In this document: positions 1 to 8,089 of the stretch, piece after piece
Numbering within the stretch: the first letter of the stretch is position 1
Layout: every line of letters begins with the position of its first letter
Virus record (IMG/VR): IMGVR_UViG_3300028194_000280
Location: 1-26,197 of that record
From: a virus
Lineage: Duplodnaviria > Caudoviricetes
Length of the DNA stretch: 26,197 nt
Reading direction: 5' to 3' (one strand)
Notes under the pieces: model-generated
Database searches by the model: none
What the model was told of the DNA's origin: nothing
What the model saw: the letters and a program-made list of their open reading frames with translations, nothing else
Program-made: the position numbers and the translations under genes

Positions 1-1
1 T

Positions 2-196
2 TTAAAAGAGCAATGGAACCATGCTAATATAGAAGATCTAAAAGAAAGAGTTGATATGATGGAGCAGATGAATGATATACTATCTGAAGAAATTAAAGTG
101 CTTTCTACACTTGTAAAAGATGGTACAAAGACTGATGGGAAACTAGATGAATTAGCTAAACAAGTTTTAGCATTGAAATCAAAAAAACGTAGATAA
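2..196 (+). CDS. 5'-truncated hypothetical protein with coiled-coil character (..LKEQWNHANIEDLKERVDMMEQMNDILSEEIKVLSTLVKDG..KSKKRR*)
   Basis: Open frame from base 2 to TAA at 194-196, which overlaps the next ATG (TAATG); heptad-like L/I/M spacing. Translated by hand, not in the ORF track. Confidence 0.75.
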   Translation, partial: LKEQWNHANIEDLKERVDMMEQMNDILSEEIKVLSTLVKDGTKTDGKLDELAKQVLALKSKKRR

Positions 197-345
197 TGGC
201 TAAAAAGAAAACAAAAAGAGGTAGTACGTGTTGGAAAGGCTATGTAGCTAAAGGCAAAAAACCGTCACCTAGTGGTAAGAAAGATAAAAATGGTAAACCT
301 TTAATGGTTAACAATTGTGTTAAGATTGGTAAAAAGAAAAAATAA
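196..345 (+). CDS. 49-aa Lys-rich phage protein with CWKGY...NCV motif
   Basis: Hand translation: MAKKKTKRGSTCWKGYVAKGKKPSPSGKKDKNGKPLMVNNCVKIGKKKK*. TAATG coupling at both ends. I recognise CWxGY..GxK..K.G..V.NCV as a recurring motif in aquatic phage proteins. Too short to appear in the ORF track. Confidence 0.8.
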   Translation: MAKKKTKRGSTCWKGYVAKGKKPSPSGKKDKNGKPLMVNNCVKIGKKKK

Positions 346-605
346 TGACAAACGCGGGTTATGAAAAATCAAATCGTAAGATGCGTTCTGATTATAAAAA
401 AGAAACAGGTAAAACACTAGGTTCAAGACAGACAAGTGGTAAAGGAAAACGTAGAGTATCTTTTGCTTGTAGATTTGCTGGTATGAAAGGGCCTATGAAA
501 AAACCTAATGGCGAGCCAACTAGAAAAGCTATTGCTTTAAAAAAATGGGGTTTTGGAAGTGTTGCAGCCGCTAGAAAATTTTGTAATTCAAATAAAGAAA
601 AATGA
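345..605 (+). CDS. Basic phage hypothetical protein (RRxSF-C-R motif, possibly DUF6321-like)
   Basis: GKRRVSFACRFAGMKGPMKKPNGEPTRKAIALKKWG resembles the phage RRKSFCARMxG...R..AL..W family; coupled by TAATG and ATGA overlaps. Confidence 0.75.
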   Translation: MTNAGYEKSNRKMRSDYKKETGKTLGSRQTSGKGKRRVSFACRFAGMKGPMKKPNGEPTRKAIALKKWGFGSVAAARKFCNSNKEK

Positions 606-748
606 AAGATAGAGGATTTGGTGACACAGTAGCTAGATTTACAGAAGCAACAGGTATAAAGAAAATGGCAGATATGATACCTGGAGGTTGTGGTTGTAAA
701 AACAGACAAAACATATTAAACGATTACTTTCCATATAAAAACAAATAA
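602..748 (+). CDS. 48-aa phage protein with G(L/F)GDT..TGIK..CGC..R..LN..FPY pattern
   Basis: Hand translation: MKDRGFGDTVARFTEATGIKKMADMIPGGCGCKNRQNILNDYFPYKNK*. ATGA overlap with the upstream gene and exactly fills the gap before 750. Not in the ORF track. Confidence 0.8.
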   Translation: MKDRGFGDTVARFTEATGIKKMADMIPGGCGCKNRQNILNDYFPYKNK

Positions 749-749
749 A

Positions 750-971
750 ATGGCTAAAAAAACAATTACAGAAGTAAGAGAAGAACCCGGTATGTCTAAC
801 TCTGGTAAATACAAGAATGTAGCTAAAAGTGATTTTTGTGGGCCAAAAGGCACTTTTCCAGTTAATAGTTTGAATAGAGCTAAATCAGCATTAAAGCTTG
901 CGCACAACGCGAAAAATCCAAGAAAAATAAAAAGATGCGTATATAAAAAATTTCCTCAATTAAAAAAATAA
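750..971 (+). CDS. Basic phage hypothetical protein
   Basis: 73 aa, Lys-rich, SNxGKY..FCGP..FPVN..RAKSAL.LAHNA.NP..IK..VY.KFP.L pattern; A-rich leader, tight packing. Confidence 0.75.
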   Translation: MAKKTITEVREEPGMSNSGKYKNVAKSDFCGPKGTFPVNSLNRAKSALKLAHNAKNPRKIKRCVYKKFPQLKK

Positions 972-976
972 ATAAA

Positions 977-1375
977 ATGGGGTTTAAACTTAAGCCAAGC
1001 TACAATAAAAACGACATGAACATACCTGTTTACCACATGAATTTAGATGATGGTTCTGTTGGTAAATCTAACCACGGAGGTATAGTTGTTAATATGAATT
1101 TAGATCCAGTCATGGAGAAAGCTGTAGTAAAACATGAAACAGTACACCAGCTAGATGAAGATTTAGATTACGATAAAGATTTTTTTTATTACAAAGATAA
1201 GTCTTATAAAAGAGGTCCTAATTTAGATGAATCAAAAAGATCTTTACCATGGGAACAAGAATCTTACCCAGCTAGCGATAAAGTTTTACAAGGTTATAGA
1301 GGTAATAATAAAATGGCTCAAAACTTTCAAAAAAAAGGATTAATAACTTACAATGGCGAAGAAGAAATTATTTAA
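977..1375 (+). CDS. Small zincin-like (HExxH) putative metallopeptidase
   Basis: HETVH at 1133-1147, preceded by a GGIVVN strand and followed by LPWEQESY (candidate third zinc ligand). Confidence 0.6.
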   Translation: MGFKLKPSYNKNDMNIPVYHMNLDDGSVGKSNHGGIVVNMNLDPVMEKAVVKHETVHQLDEDLDYDKDFFYYKDKSYKRGPNLDESKRSLPWEQESYPASDKVLQGYRGNNKMAQNFQKKGLITYNGEEEII

Positions 1376-1805
1376 AGAAACTAAAATAGGAGAGTTTTTA
1401 AAAAACAAAGCTCCTAAATTATTACAAACAGTAGGTAACTTTTTACCAGATCAAGGAGGATTAGGAATAGTAAAAAATATTATAGCAAGTGATAATAGTA
1501 TTAAGCCCAAAGATAAAGAAATGGCTATGAAACTATTAGAACAAGATATAATTGAAATGAACAATGTATCTAGCAGGTGGAATAACGATATGAAAAGTGA
1601 TTCGTGGCTTTCTAAAAACACACGCCCGCTAGCTCTTATATTTTTAACTTTTGCTTCTACACTTATAATGTGTATAGATTCTTTTCATTTACAATTTGAA
1701 GTAGACACAGCATGGGTAGAATTACTTAAAACACTATTAATAACAGTTTACGTAGCATACTTCGGAAGTCGTGGTGCTGAAAAAATAACAAAAATAAATA
1801 AATAA
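1353..1805 (+). CDS. Holin, GTA 3TM holin-like
   Basis: RW..DMKSDSWLSKNTRP signature, hydrophobic helices (LALIFLTFASTLIMCI; LLKTLLITVYVAYFG) and terminal YFGSRGAEK, typical of the GTA_holin_3TM family. Confidence 0.75.
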   Translation: MAKKKLFKETKIGEFLKNKAPKLLQTVGNFLPDQGGLGIVKNIIASDNSIKPKDKEMAMKLLEQDIIEMNNVSSRWNNDMKSDSWLSKNTRPLALIFLTFASTLIMCIDSFHLQFEVDTAWVELLKTLLITVYVAYFGSRGAEKITKINK

Positions 1806-1806
1806 A

Positions 1807-2112
1807 ATGGCAGAATTTAACCCAGGGTGGGAACCAACATTAGATGGTTTAGAAGGAAATATGATGGCTCAACCAAGAGTGTTTGGTCATGACGCTGTAG
1901 CTTTAACGGCTGGAACAGACGCAATAGCAAACACAGGTAAAAGAGGTGCTGTGATATATAACGGTGGATCAGCACAATCTATTACTATAACAACAGAAGC
2001 TGGTAATGACGTTGTATTTAAAAATGTACAACCAGGAACAGTTGTAGGTGATAAAACGCCTATGCTAGCTACTAAATTAAAAGTTGGAACAGACTGCGTG
2101 GCTATATTTTAA
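1807..2112 (+). CDS. Putative capsid vertex spike-base protein (RcGTA Rcc01079-like)
   Basis: C-terminal beta pattern AVIYNGG..SITITT.AGNDVVFKNVQPGT....ATKL..GT.CVAIF resembles the LYVG..G.V.V...G..VTF..V.AG..LP..V.RV..TGT..IVA pattern of that family. Confidence 0.5.
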   Translation: MAEFNPGWEPTLDGLEGNMMAQPRVFGHDAVALTAGTDAIANTGKRGAVIYNGGSAQSITITTEAGNDVVFKNVQPGTVVGDKTPMLATKLKVGTDCVAIF

Positions 2113-2135
2113 AACAAAACAAAACAAAACAAAAC
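2111..2135. repeat. (AAAAC)5 microsatellite in intergenic leader
   Basis: Five perfect AAAAC copies, followed by AAACAATAAAATCAAATCAAATG. Confidence 0.95.
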
Positions 2136-2155
2136 AAACAATAAAATCAAATCAA

Positions 2156-2428
2156 ATGAATAAAATAAAAGAAGAAGAATTAGAATTAATTAAAGAACAA
2201 CAAAAGTCTTTAAGAGAATTAACACAAAATATTGGACTAATTGTAACTCAAAAACATGCTATGCTTCATGAGGTAGCAGAGGTTAATAAGCAAATAGAAG
2301 ATTATAAGCAGATTTTAGAGTCTGACTATGGTCAGATTAATATAAACTTATTAGATGGATCTTATACTTCAATTGAAGAAGAAGCTAAAGATGCAGTAAC
2401 AGAAGATGTCGAAGATAAGAAAGATTAG
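2156..2428 (+). CDS. Coiled-coil phage hypothetical protein (90 aa; start revised from 2084)
   Basis: MNKIKEEELELIKEQQ...LESDYGQININLLDGSY. The upstream extension in the ORF track is just the translated microsatellite. Confidence 0.75.
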   Translation: MNKIKEEELELIKEQQKSLRELTQNIGLIVTQKHAMLHEVAEVNKQIEDYKQILESDYGQININLLDGSYTSIEEEAKDAVTEDVEDKKD

Positions 2429-2630
2429 TATAGGATCTGATTATAAAAACGAAGCTATGCATTATGCTGTTGGCCAAGAAGTATATGGCGGTCACATAAT
2501 TAATGATATTTTATTTAAAAAAGAAGATCAGTCTTATAATATCTTTATAACTAAAGATAATGAAGTTCTTCCTTGGAAAAAATTTAATAGAAACATGGCG
2601 GTGTCTTTAGAATATGACTTGAAATATTAG
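2406..2630 (+). CDS. Phage hypothetical protein
   Basis: IRKISIGSDYKNEAMHYAVGQEVYGGH...WKKFNRNMAVSLEY; overlaps neighbours on both sides. Confidence 0.8.
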   Translation: MSKIRKISIGSDYKNEAMHYAVGQEVYGGHIINDILFKKEDQSYNIFITKDNEVLPWKKFNRNMAVSLEYDLKY

Positions 2631-3223
2631 TGAAAAGTCTATATCACTTTATTATAAAACCTTTAGATAAAAGGTATGATAATATTAAAAAAGTTGGTAA
2701 TAAAGAATTAATTATTAACTCTAGTATAGAAAACCATATTTTTGTAAGTAAAAAAGCAGTTGTAGTTTCGACTCCAGCTGCTTATGCTACAGAAATAAAA
2801 GTTGGTGATGAAGTTTATATACATCATAATATTCTTCGCAGGTATTATGATATGAAAGGTGAAGAAAAAAATAGTGGTACTTACTTTAAAAATGATTTAT
2901 ATTTTTGTGCTTTAGATCAAATATATATGTACAACAAGACTTCTCATCTTAATTATTGCTTTGTAAAACCAATTTTAAATAGTTCTTTTTTAGAGAACAG
3001 AAAAGAACAACCTAATGTTGGTATAATAAAATATACTAACAACACCTTAGAAGCGCTAGGAATAACACCTGGAACACTTATTACGTTTACCCCAAACTCT
3101 GAATTTGAGTTTATTATAGATGGTGAACGACTTTATTGTATGAAATCAAATGATATAGCTTTAACCCATGAATACGAAGGAAACGAAATTGAAAATAATC
3201 CAAGCTGGGCAAAAAGCAGTTGA
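2630..3223 (+). CDS. GroES/Cpn10-like co-chaperonin with two tandem GroES-like units
   Basis: GTG start. Unit 1: FIIKP..AVVVSTP..EIKVGDEVYI. Unit 2: CFVKPI..GIIKY..GITPGTLITF..SEFEFIIDGERLYCMKSNDI, matching the GroES C-terminal E..IDGE.Y....DI pattern. Confidence 0.65.
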   Translation: MKSLYHFIIKPLDKRYDNIKKVGNKELIINSSIENHIFVSKKAVVVSTPAAYATEIKVGDEVYIHHNILRRYYDMKGEEKNSGTYFKNDLYFCALDQIYMYNKTSHLNYCFVKPILNSSFLENRKEQPNVGIIKYTNNTLEALGITPGTLITFTPNSEFEFIIDGERLYCMKSNDIALTHEYEGNEIENNPSWAKSS

Positions 3224-3443
3224 AGAACTAATTAAAGTAGCACAAGAAAAGATCGTTGACTCAGGAGATGATATCTCAGCTGATAGACTTAAAAATGCTG
3301 CTGCAACAAAAAAATTAGCTATATTTGATGCATTTGAAATTTTAACTCGCATACAAGATGAAGAAGATATTTTAAATGAAAAACCTAAAGAAGTAAAAGA
3401 AAATAAAGCTTTTAAAGGTTTTGCAGAAGGTAGAAGCAAATGA
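3168..3443 (+). CDS. Candidate terminase small subunit
   Basis: 91-aa helical protein directly upstream of and ATGA-coupled to the large terminase. Call is positional. Confidence 0.45.
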   Translation: MNTKETKLKIIQAGQKAVEELIKVAQEKIVDSGDDISADRLKNAAATKKLAIFDAFEILTRIQDEEDILNEKPKEVKENKAFKGFAEGRSK

Positions 3444-5665
3444 GTTATGAACAAACTCTTTGGAAAGAGATTAAAGATGTTGTAAACCCTAAAATATTAT
3501 CTAAGCAAAATAGATATAAAAAATGGGAGTATGGTTATAATGAAGAGTATGACTTTATAGTAATAAGTAAAACTGGGAAAATTGGAAAAATCATTGAAAT
3601 ACAGAATCTCAGGATTGCTTTACCAGCAGAATATGAATCGCATAAACGAAGCGAAAAAAAAGCTGAACAATATTGGGAAAAAGCAGAATATCCAAAAGAA
3701 TTAAATAGAATCAAGAGCAGGTTTGACTGGGAAAATTTTGACACTGATTTTAAAGAAAGGTGGTATGATTATATTGACAAAGAATTTACAAGAAGAGAAG
3801 AGGGTTATTGGTTTTATAGTAAAGGTATTTCTACATATATCACTGGCACTCATTACATGTACTTACAGTGGTCAAAGATCGACGTTGGGGCACCAGATTA
3901 TAGAGAAGCAAATAGATTATTCTATATATTTTGGGAAGCATGTAAAGCAGATAACAGATGTTACGGGATGTGCTACCTTAAAAACAGAAGGTCTGGATTT
4001 TCATTTATGTCCTCGGCAGAGCTTGTTAATAAAGCGACGATATCAAGTGACGCCAGATTCGGTATATTATCTAAATCTGGAGCAGATGCTAAAAAAATGT
4101 TCACAGATAAAGTTGTGCCAATATCCATTAACTATCCGTTTTTCTTCAAGCCAATCCAAGACGGTATGGATCGTCCTAAGACAGAACTGGCGTATAGGGT
4201 TCCGGCTTCAAAACTTACTAGAAGAAAGCTTGAGAGTAATGAGCAACTAAAAGAACTTGACGGGCTTGATACAACTATTGACTGGAAAAATACCGGCGAC
4301 AACTCTTACGATGGTGAGAAATTAAAATTATTAGCACACGACGAAAGCGGAAAATGGGAAAGACCGGACAACATATTAAACAACTGGCGAGTTACAAAAA
4401 CAACACTAAGGCTAGGATCAAGAATCGTAGGCAAGTGTATGATGGGCTCAACTTCAAACGCATTAGATAAAGGTGGAAACAACTTCAAAAAACTCTATTA
4501 CTCTTCAGACGTTACAAAAAGAAATAAAAACGGACAAACTTCTTCTGGACTCTATTCTCTTTTCATCCCTATGGAATGGAACTACGAAGGATTCATGGAT
4601 ACTTACGGATCACCTGTTTTCATTAGAGAAGGAAATAACATTAAAGGAGCAGATGGTCAAAAAATTTCAACAGGAGTTATTGAGCACTGGCAGAACGAAG
4701 TAGATGGATTAAAGGATGATCCTGATAGTTTAAATGAATATTACAGGCAATTTCCAAGAACAGAACAGCATGCTTTTAGAGATGAAGCTAAAGACAGCTT
4801 GTTTAACTTAACTAAAATATATCAACAAATAGATTACAACGCTGAAATAAATAATATATCTTCAGTTACTAGAGGTAGTTTTCAGTGGGTTAGTGGAGTA
4901 AAAGATACTAGCGTAAGATTTTATCCTAACAAAGATGGTAGATTTATGATATCTTGGGTTCCACCTGTAAACTTGCAAAATCAAGTAATAATGAAAAATG
5001 GAACTAAATATCCTGGTAATGAACATATAGGCGCGTTTGGTTGTGATAGTTACGATATAAGTGGAACAGTAGATGGTAAAGGTTCTAATGGAGCATTGCA
5101 CGGCTTGACCAAGTTTAGTATGGAAGACGCACCACCTAATCATTTTTTTCTTGAATATATTGCTAGACCTCAAACTGCTGAAATATTTTTTGAAGACGTG
5201 TTGATGGCTTGCGTATTTTATAGTATGCCAATACTCTGTGAAAATAACAAACCAAGACTATTGTACTATTTTAAACGTAGAGGTTATAGAGGTTTTTCAA
5301 TGAATCGTCCTGATAAAATTTGGAATAAGCTTTCTACAACAGAAAAAGAAATAGGTGGAATACCTAATTCAAGTGAAGACATTAAACAAGCACACGCTGC
5401 GGCTGTGGAATCTTATATAGAAACATATGTAGGTTTAATAGGTGAAGGTTATGGCGATATGTATCACCAAAAAACTTTAGAGGACTGGGGTAAATTTAAC
5501 ATAAATAATAGAACAAAGCATGATGCTACTATAAGTTCAGGCTTAGCTATTATGGCTTGTAATAAAAATAAATATAAACCTGTTCCAGAAAGATTAACTA
5601 AACACATTAAATTAGGTATTAAACGTTATGATAACGACGGAGTTTTTTCAAAAATAATAAAATAA
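3440..5665 (+). CDS. terL: Terminase large subunit
   Basis: 741 aa; Walker A variant LKNRRSGFS, Walker B LLAHDESGKW, coupling motif MGST, YRQFP..E..AF linker, RNase H-like nuclease AFGCDSYD...CENN...HDA.IS; directly upstream of the portal. Confidence 0.92.
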   Translation: MSYEQTLWKEIKDVVNPKILSKQNRYKKWEYGYNEEYDFIVISKTGKIGKIIEIQNLRIALPAEYESHKRSEKKAEQYWEKAEYPKELNRIKSRFDWENFDTDFKERWYDYIDKEFTRREEGYWFYSKGISTYITGTHYMYLQWSKIDVGAPDYREANRLFYIFWEACKADNRCYGMCYLKNRRSGFSFMSSAELVNKATISSDARFGILSKSGADAKKMFTDKVVPISINYPFFFKPIQDGMDRPKTELAYRVPASKLTRRKLESNEQLKELDGLDTTIDWKNTGDNSYDGEKLKLLAHDESGKWERPDNILNNWRVTKTTLRLGSRIVGKCMMGSTSNALDKGGNNFKKLYYSSDVTKRNKNGQTSSGLYSLFIPMEWNYEGFMDTYGSPVFIREGNNIKGADGQKISTGVIEHWQNEVDGLKDDPDSLNEYYRQFPRTEQHAFRDEAKDSLFNLTKIYQQIDYNAEINNISSVTRGSFQWVSGVKDTSVRFYPNKDGRFMISWVPPVNLQNQVIMKNGTKYPGNEHIGAFGCDSYDISGTVDGKGSNGALHGLTKFSMEDAPPNHFFLEYIARPQTAEIFFEDVLMACVFYSMPILCENNKPRLLYYFKRRGYRGFSMNRPDKIWNKLSTTEKEIGGIPNSSEDIKQAHAAAVESYIETYVGLIGEGYGDMYHQKTLEDWGKFNINNRTKHDATISSGLAIMACNKNKYKPVPERLTKHIKLGIKRYDNDGVFSKIIK

Positions 5666-8053
5666 ATGCAAATAAGTACTCAAAACGGTAGTTCTTTCCC
5701 TGATCAGGTAGTATCTGATGAAGTCAAAAGCAGCTTAGACTACGGCAGACAAGTTGGTCGAGCAATTGAAGGTGATTGGTTCGCTGGTACTCGTACTGGT
5801 GTAAGTGGTAGGTTTAATACTAACTACAATAACTTTAGAAACTTAAGACTATATGCAAGAGGAGAACAGTCTGTTCAAAAATACAAAGACGAACTAGCAA
5901 TAAATGGAGATTTATCTTATTTAAATTTAGACTGGAAACCTGTTCCTATAATACCTAAATTTGTAGATATAGTTGTTAATGGATTAGACACTAAGCTTTA
6001 TGATATAAAAGCTTATGCTCAAGATCCTGTTTCTTTAGCTGCTAGAACTAAATATGCTGAGCACTTGTTAAGAGATATACAAGCTAAAAAGCTTATTGAA
6101 CAAATAAAACAAGTTACAGGATTAAATATGTATTCTACTTCAAACCCTGAGGAATTACCTCAGAATCGTGAAGAGTTAGATATACATATGCAGTTAGATT
6201 ATAAGCAATCGGTTGAAATAGCAGAAGAAGAAGCAATTAACAATACTTTAGATTTTAATAAGTATGAGTTAGTAAAAAGAAGAATGGCTAATGATTTAGT
6301 TGTTTTAGGAATAAGTGCTGTTAAAACAGATTTTAATCTATCAGAAGGTGTTACAGTAAAATACGTTGATCCAGCTGATTTAGTTTATTCTTATACAGAA
6401 GATCCTAATTTTCAAGATCTATGGTATATAGGAGAAGTAAAGAGTATTAATTTAGGAGAATTAAAAAAGGAATTTCCTAATATAACTGATGAAGAATTAA
6501 GAGAAATAGAAAAATATCCTAACAGAAGTAATTATGCTTATCAATTCAACGGTAGAAACGATACTAACAATGTTCCAGTATTATACTTTGAATATAAGAC
6601 TTATCAAAACCAAGTTTTTAAAATAAAAGAAACAGCTACTGGTTTAGAAAAAGCTATTGAAAAAAATGACGAGTTTAACCCTCCAGAAAATGATAACTTT
6701 CAAAGAGTTTATAGATCTATAGAGGTTTTGTATCAAGGCGCTAAAGTCTTAGGACATGATAAAATGTTAAGATGGGAACTTGCAAGAAACATGGTTAGGC
6801 CTGAAGCTAATGTTGTTAAGGTTAATATGAATTATACGCTTTGCGCTCCTAAAATGTATAAAGGGCGTATAGAATCTTTAGTTAGTAGAATGACTGGTTT
6901 TGCTGACATGATACAACTAACTCATTTAAAACTACAACAAGTATTATCAAGAATAGTACCTGATGGTGTTTTCTTAGATGTAGATGGTTTGGCAGAGGTT
7001 GACTTAGGAAACGGAACAAACTATAATCCTGCAGAAGCTCTTAATATGTATTTCCAAACTGGTAGTATATTAGGTAGATCTTTAACACAAGATGGCGACG
7101 TTAATAGAGGCAAAATACCAATTCAAGAACTTCAAACTTCTTCAGGTGGTGCTAAAACTCAAGCTTTAATACAGACTTATCAATATTATTTACAAATGAT
7201 GAGAGATGTTACGGGGCTTAACGAGGCTAGAGATGGTACTATGCCTAATTCAGATTCGCTAGTAGGCTTACAAAAACTTGCTGCAGCTAGTTCAAACGTA
7301 GCAACTAAGCACCTACTACAATCACTATTGTATTTAACAGTTAAAACATGTGAAAATATTTCTTTAAGAATATCAGATGCTTTAGAATATCCTTTAACTA
7401 AATCAGCTCTTAATTCTAGTTTAAGCACATATAATGTTGGAACACTAGAAGACATGCATAAGCTGAATATGGCTGACTTTGGGATATATTTAGAGCTAGT
7501 ACCTGACGAGGAAGAAAAAGCTCAACTAGAGCAAAATATTCAAGTTGCTATGAAACAAGGTGGAATAAACCTAGAAGACGCTATAGATATTAGACAAATT
7601 AACAATCTTAAATTAGCTAATCAACTTCTTAAAATAAAAAGAAAACAAAAACAAGAAGCTGATCAAAAAGCTCAACAAGCAAATATTCAAGCACAGGCTA
7701 ATGCAAATGCAGAAGCAGCTGAAAGAGGAGCTTTAGCTGAAATGCAAAAACAACAAGCTTTAGCTGAAACAACTTTACAAATAGAACAAGGTAAATCTGA
7801 GTTTGGTATAAACAAAATACAACAAGAAGCTGAAATTAAAAGACAGTTAATGGAGATTCAGTTTGGTTATGACCAGCAACTAAAACAAATGGATTTAGAT
7901 ATTATAAGCAATAAAGAAGCTGAAATAGAAAACCGTAAAGACGAAAGAACAAGAATACAAGCCACACAACAAAGCCAAATGATAGATCAACGAAAAAATG
8001 ATTTATTACCAACTAATTTTGAAAAAAATCAAGTAGACCCATTGTTAGAGTAA
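5666..8053 (+). CDS. Portal protein
   Basis: 795 aa directly after TerL; LSYLNLDWKPVPIIPKFVDIVVNG and DVTGLNEARDG motifs plus a Gln/Ala-rich coiled-coil C-terminal barrel, as in podovirus and crAss-like portals. Confidence 0.85.
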   Translation: MQISTQNGSSFPDQVVSDEVKSSLDYGRQVGRAIEGDWFAGTRTGVSGRFNTNYNNFRNLRLYARGEQSVQKYKDELAINGDLSYLNLDWKPVPIIPKFVDIVVNGLDTKLYDIKAYAQDPVSLAARTKYAEHLLRDIQAKKLIEQIKQVTGLNMYSTSNPEELPQNREELDIHMQLDYKQSVEIAEEEAINNTLDFNKYELVKRRMANDLVVLGISAVKTDFNLSEGVTVKYVDPADLVYSYTEDPNFQDLWYIGEVKSINLGELKKEFPNITDEELREIEKYPNRSNYAYQFNGRNDTNNVPVLYFEYKTYQNQVFKIKETATGLEKAIEKNDEFNPPENDNFQRVYRSIEVLYQGAKVLGHDKMLRWELARNMVRPEANVVKVNMNYTLCAPKMYKGRIESLVSRMTGFADMIQLTHLKLQQVLSRIVPDGVFLDVDGLAEVDLGNGTNYNPAEALNMYFQTGSILGRSLTQDGDVNRGKIPIQELQTSSGGAKTQALIQTYQYYLQMMRDVTGLNEARDGTMPNSDSLVGLQKLAAASSNVATKHLLQSLLYLTVKTCENISLRISDALEYPLTKSALNSSLSTYNVGTLEDMHKLNMADFGIYLELVPDEEEKAQLEQNIQVAMKQGGINLEDAIDIRQINNLKLANQLLKIKRKQKQEADQKAQQANIQAQANANAEAAERGALAEMQKQQALAETTLQIEQGKSEFGINKIQQEAEIKRQLMEIQFGYDQQLKQMDLDIISNKEAEIENRKDERTRIQATQQSQMIDQRKNDLLPTNFEKNQVDPLLE

Positions 8054-8067
8054 TTTAACAATTATTA

Positions 8068-8089
8068 TTAATTATTATATTATATTATG
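8068..8089 (+). promoter_or_regulatory. TTAATTATTATATTATATT-ATG leader (copy 1)
   Basis: Near-identical to 11203-11229; ends exactly on the start codon. Confidence 0.55.

Noticed and set aside
2084-2155. N-terminal extension of ORF 2084-2428
   Set aside because: It overlaps the upstream gene and only translates the AAAAC microsatellite (KTKQNKTKQ); ATG 2156 is the more plausible start.
3723-4703. Alternative-frame + strand ORFs inside terL (3723-4250, 4473-4703)
   Set aside because: Fully nested in a conserved terminase with no motifs or leader; most likely chance open frames.
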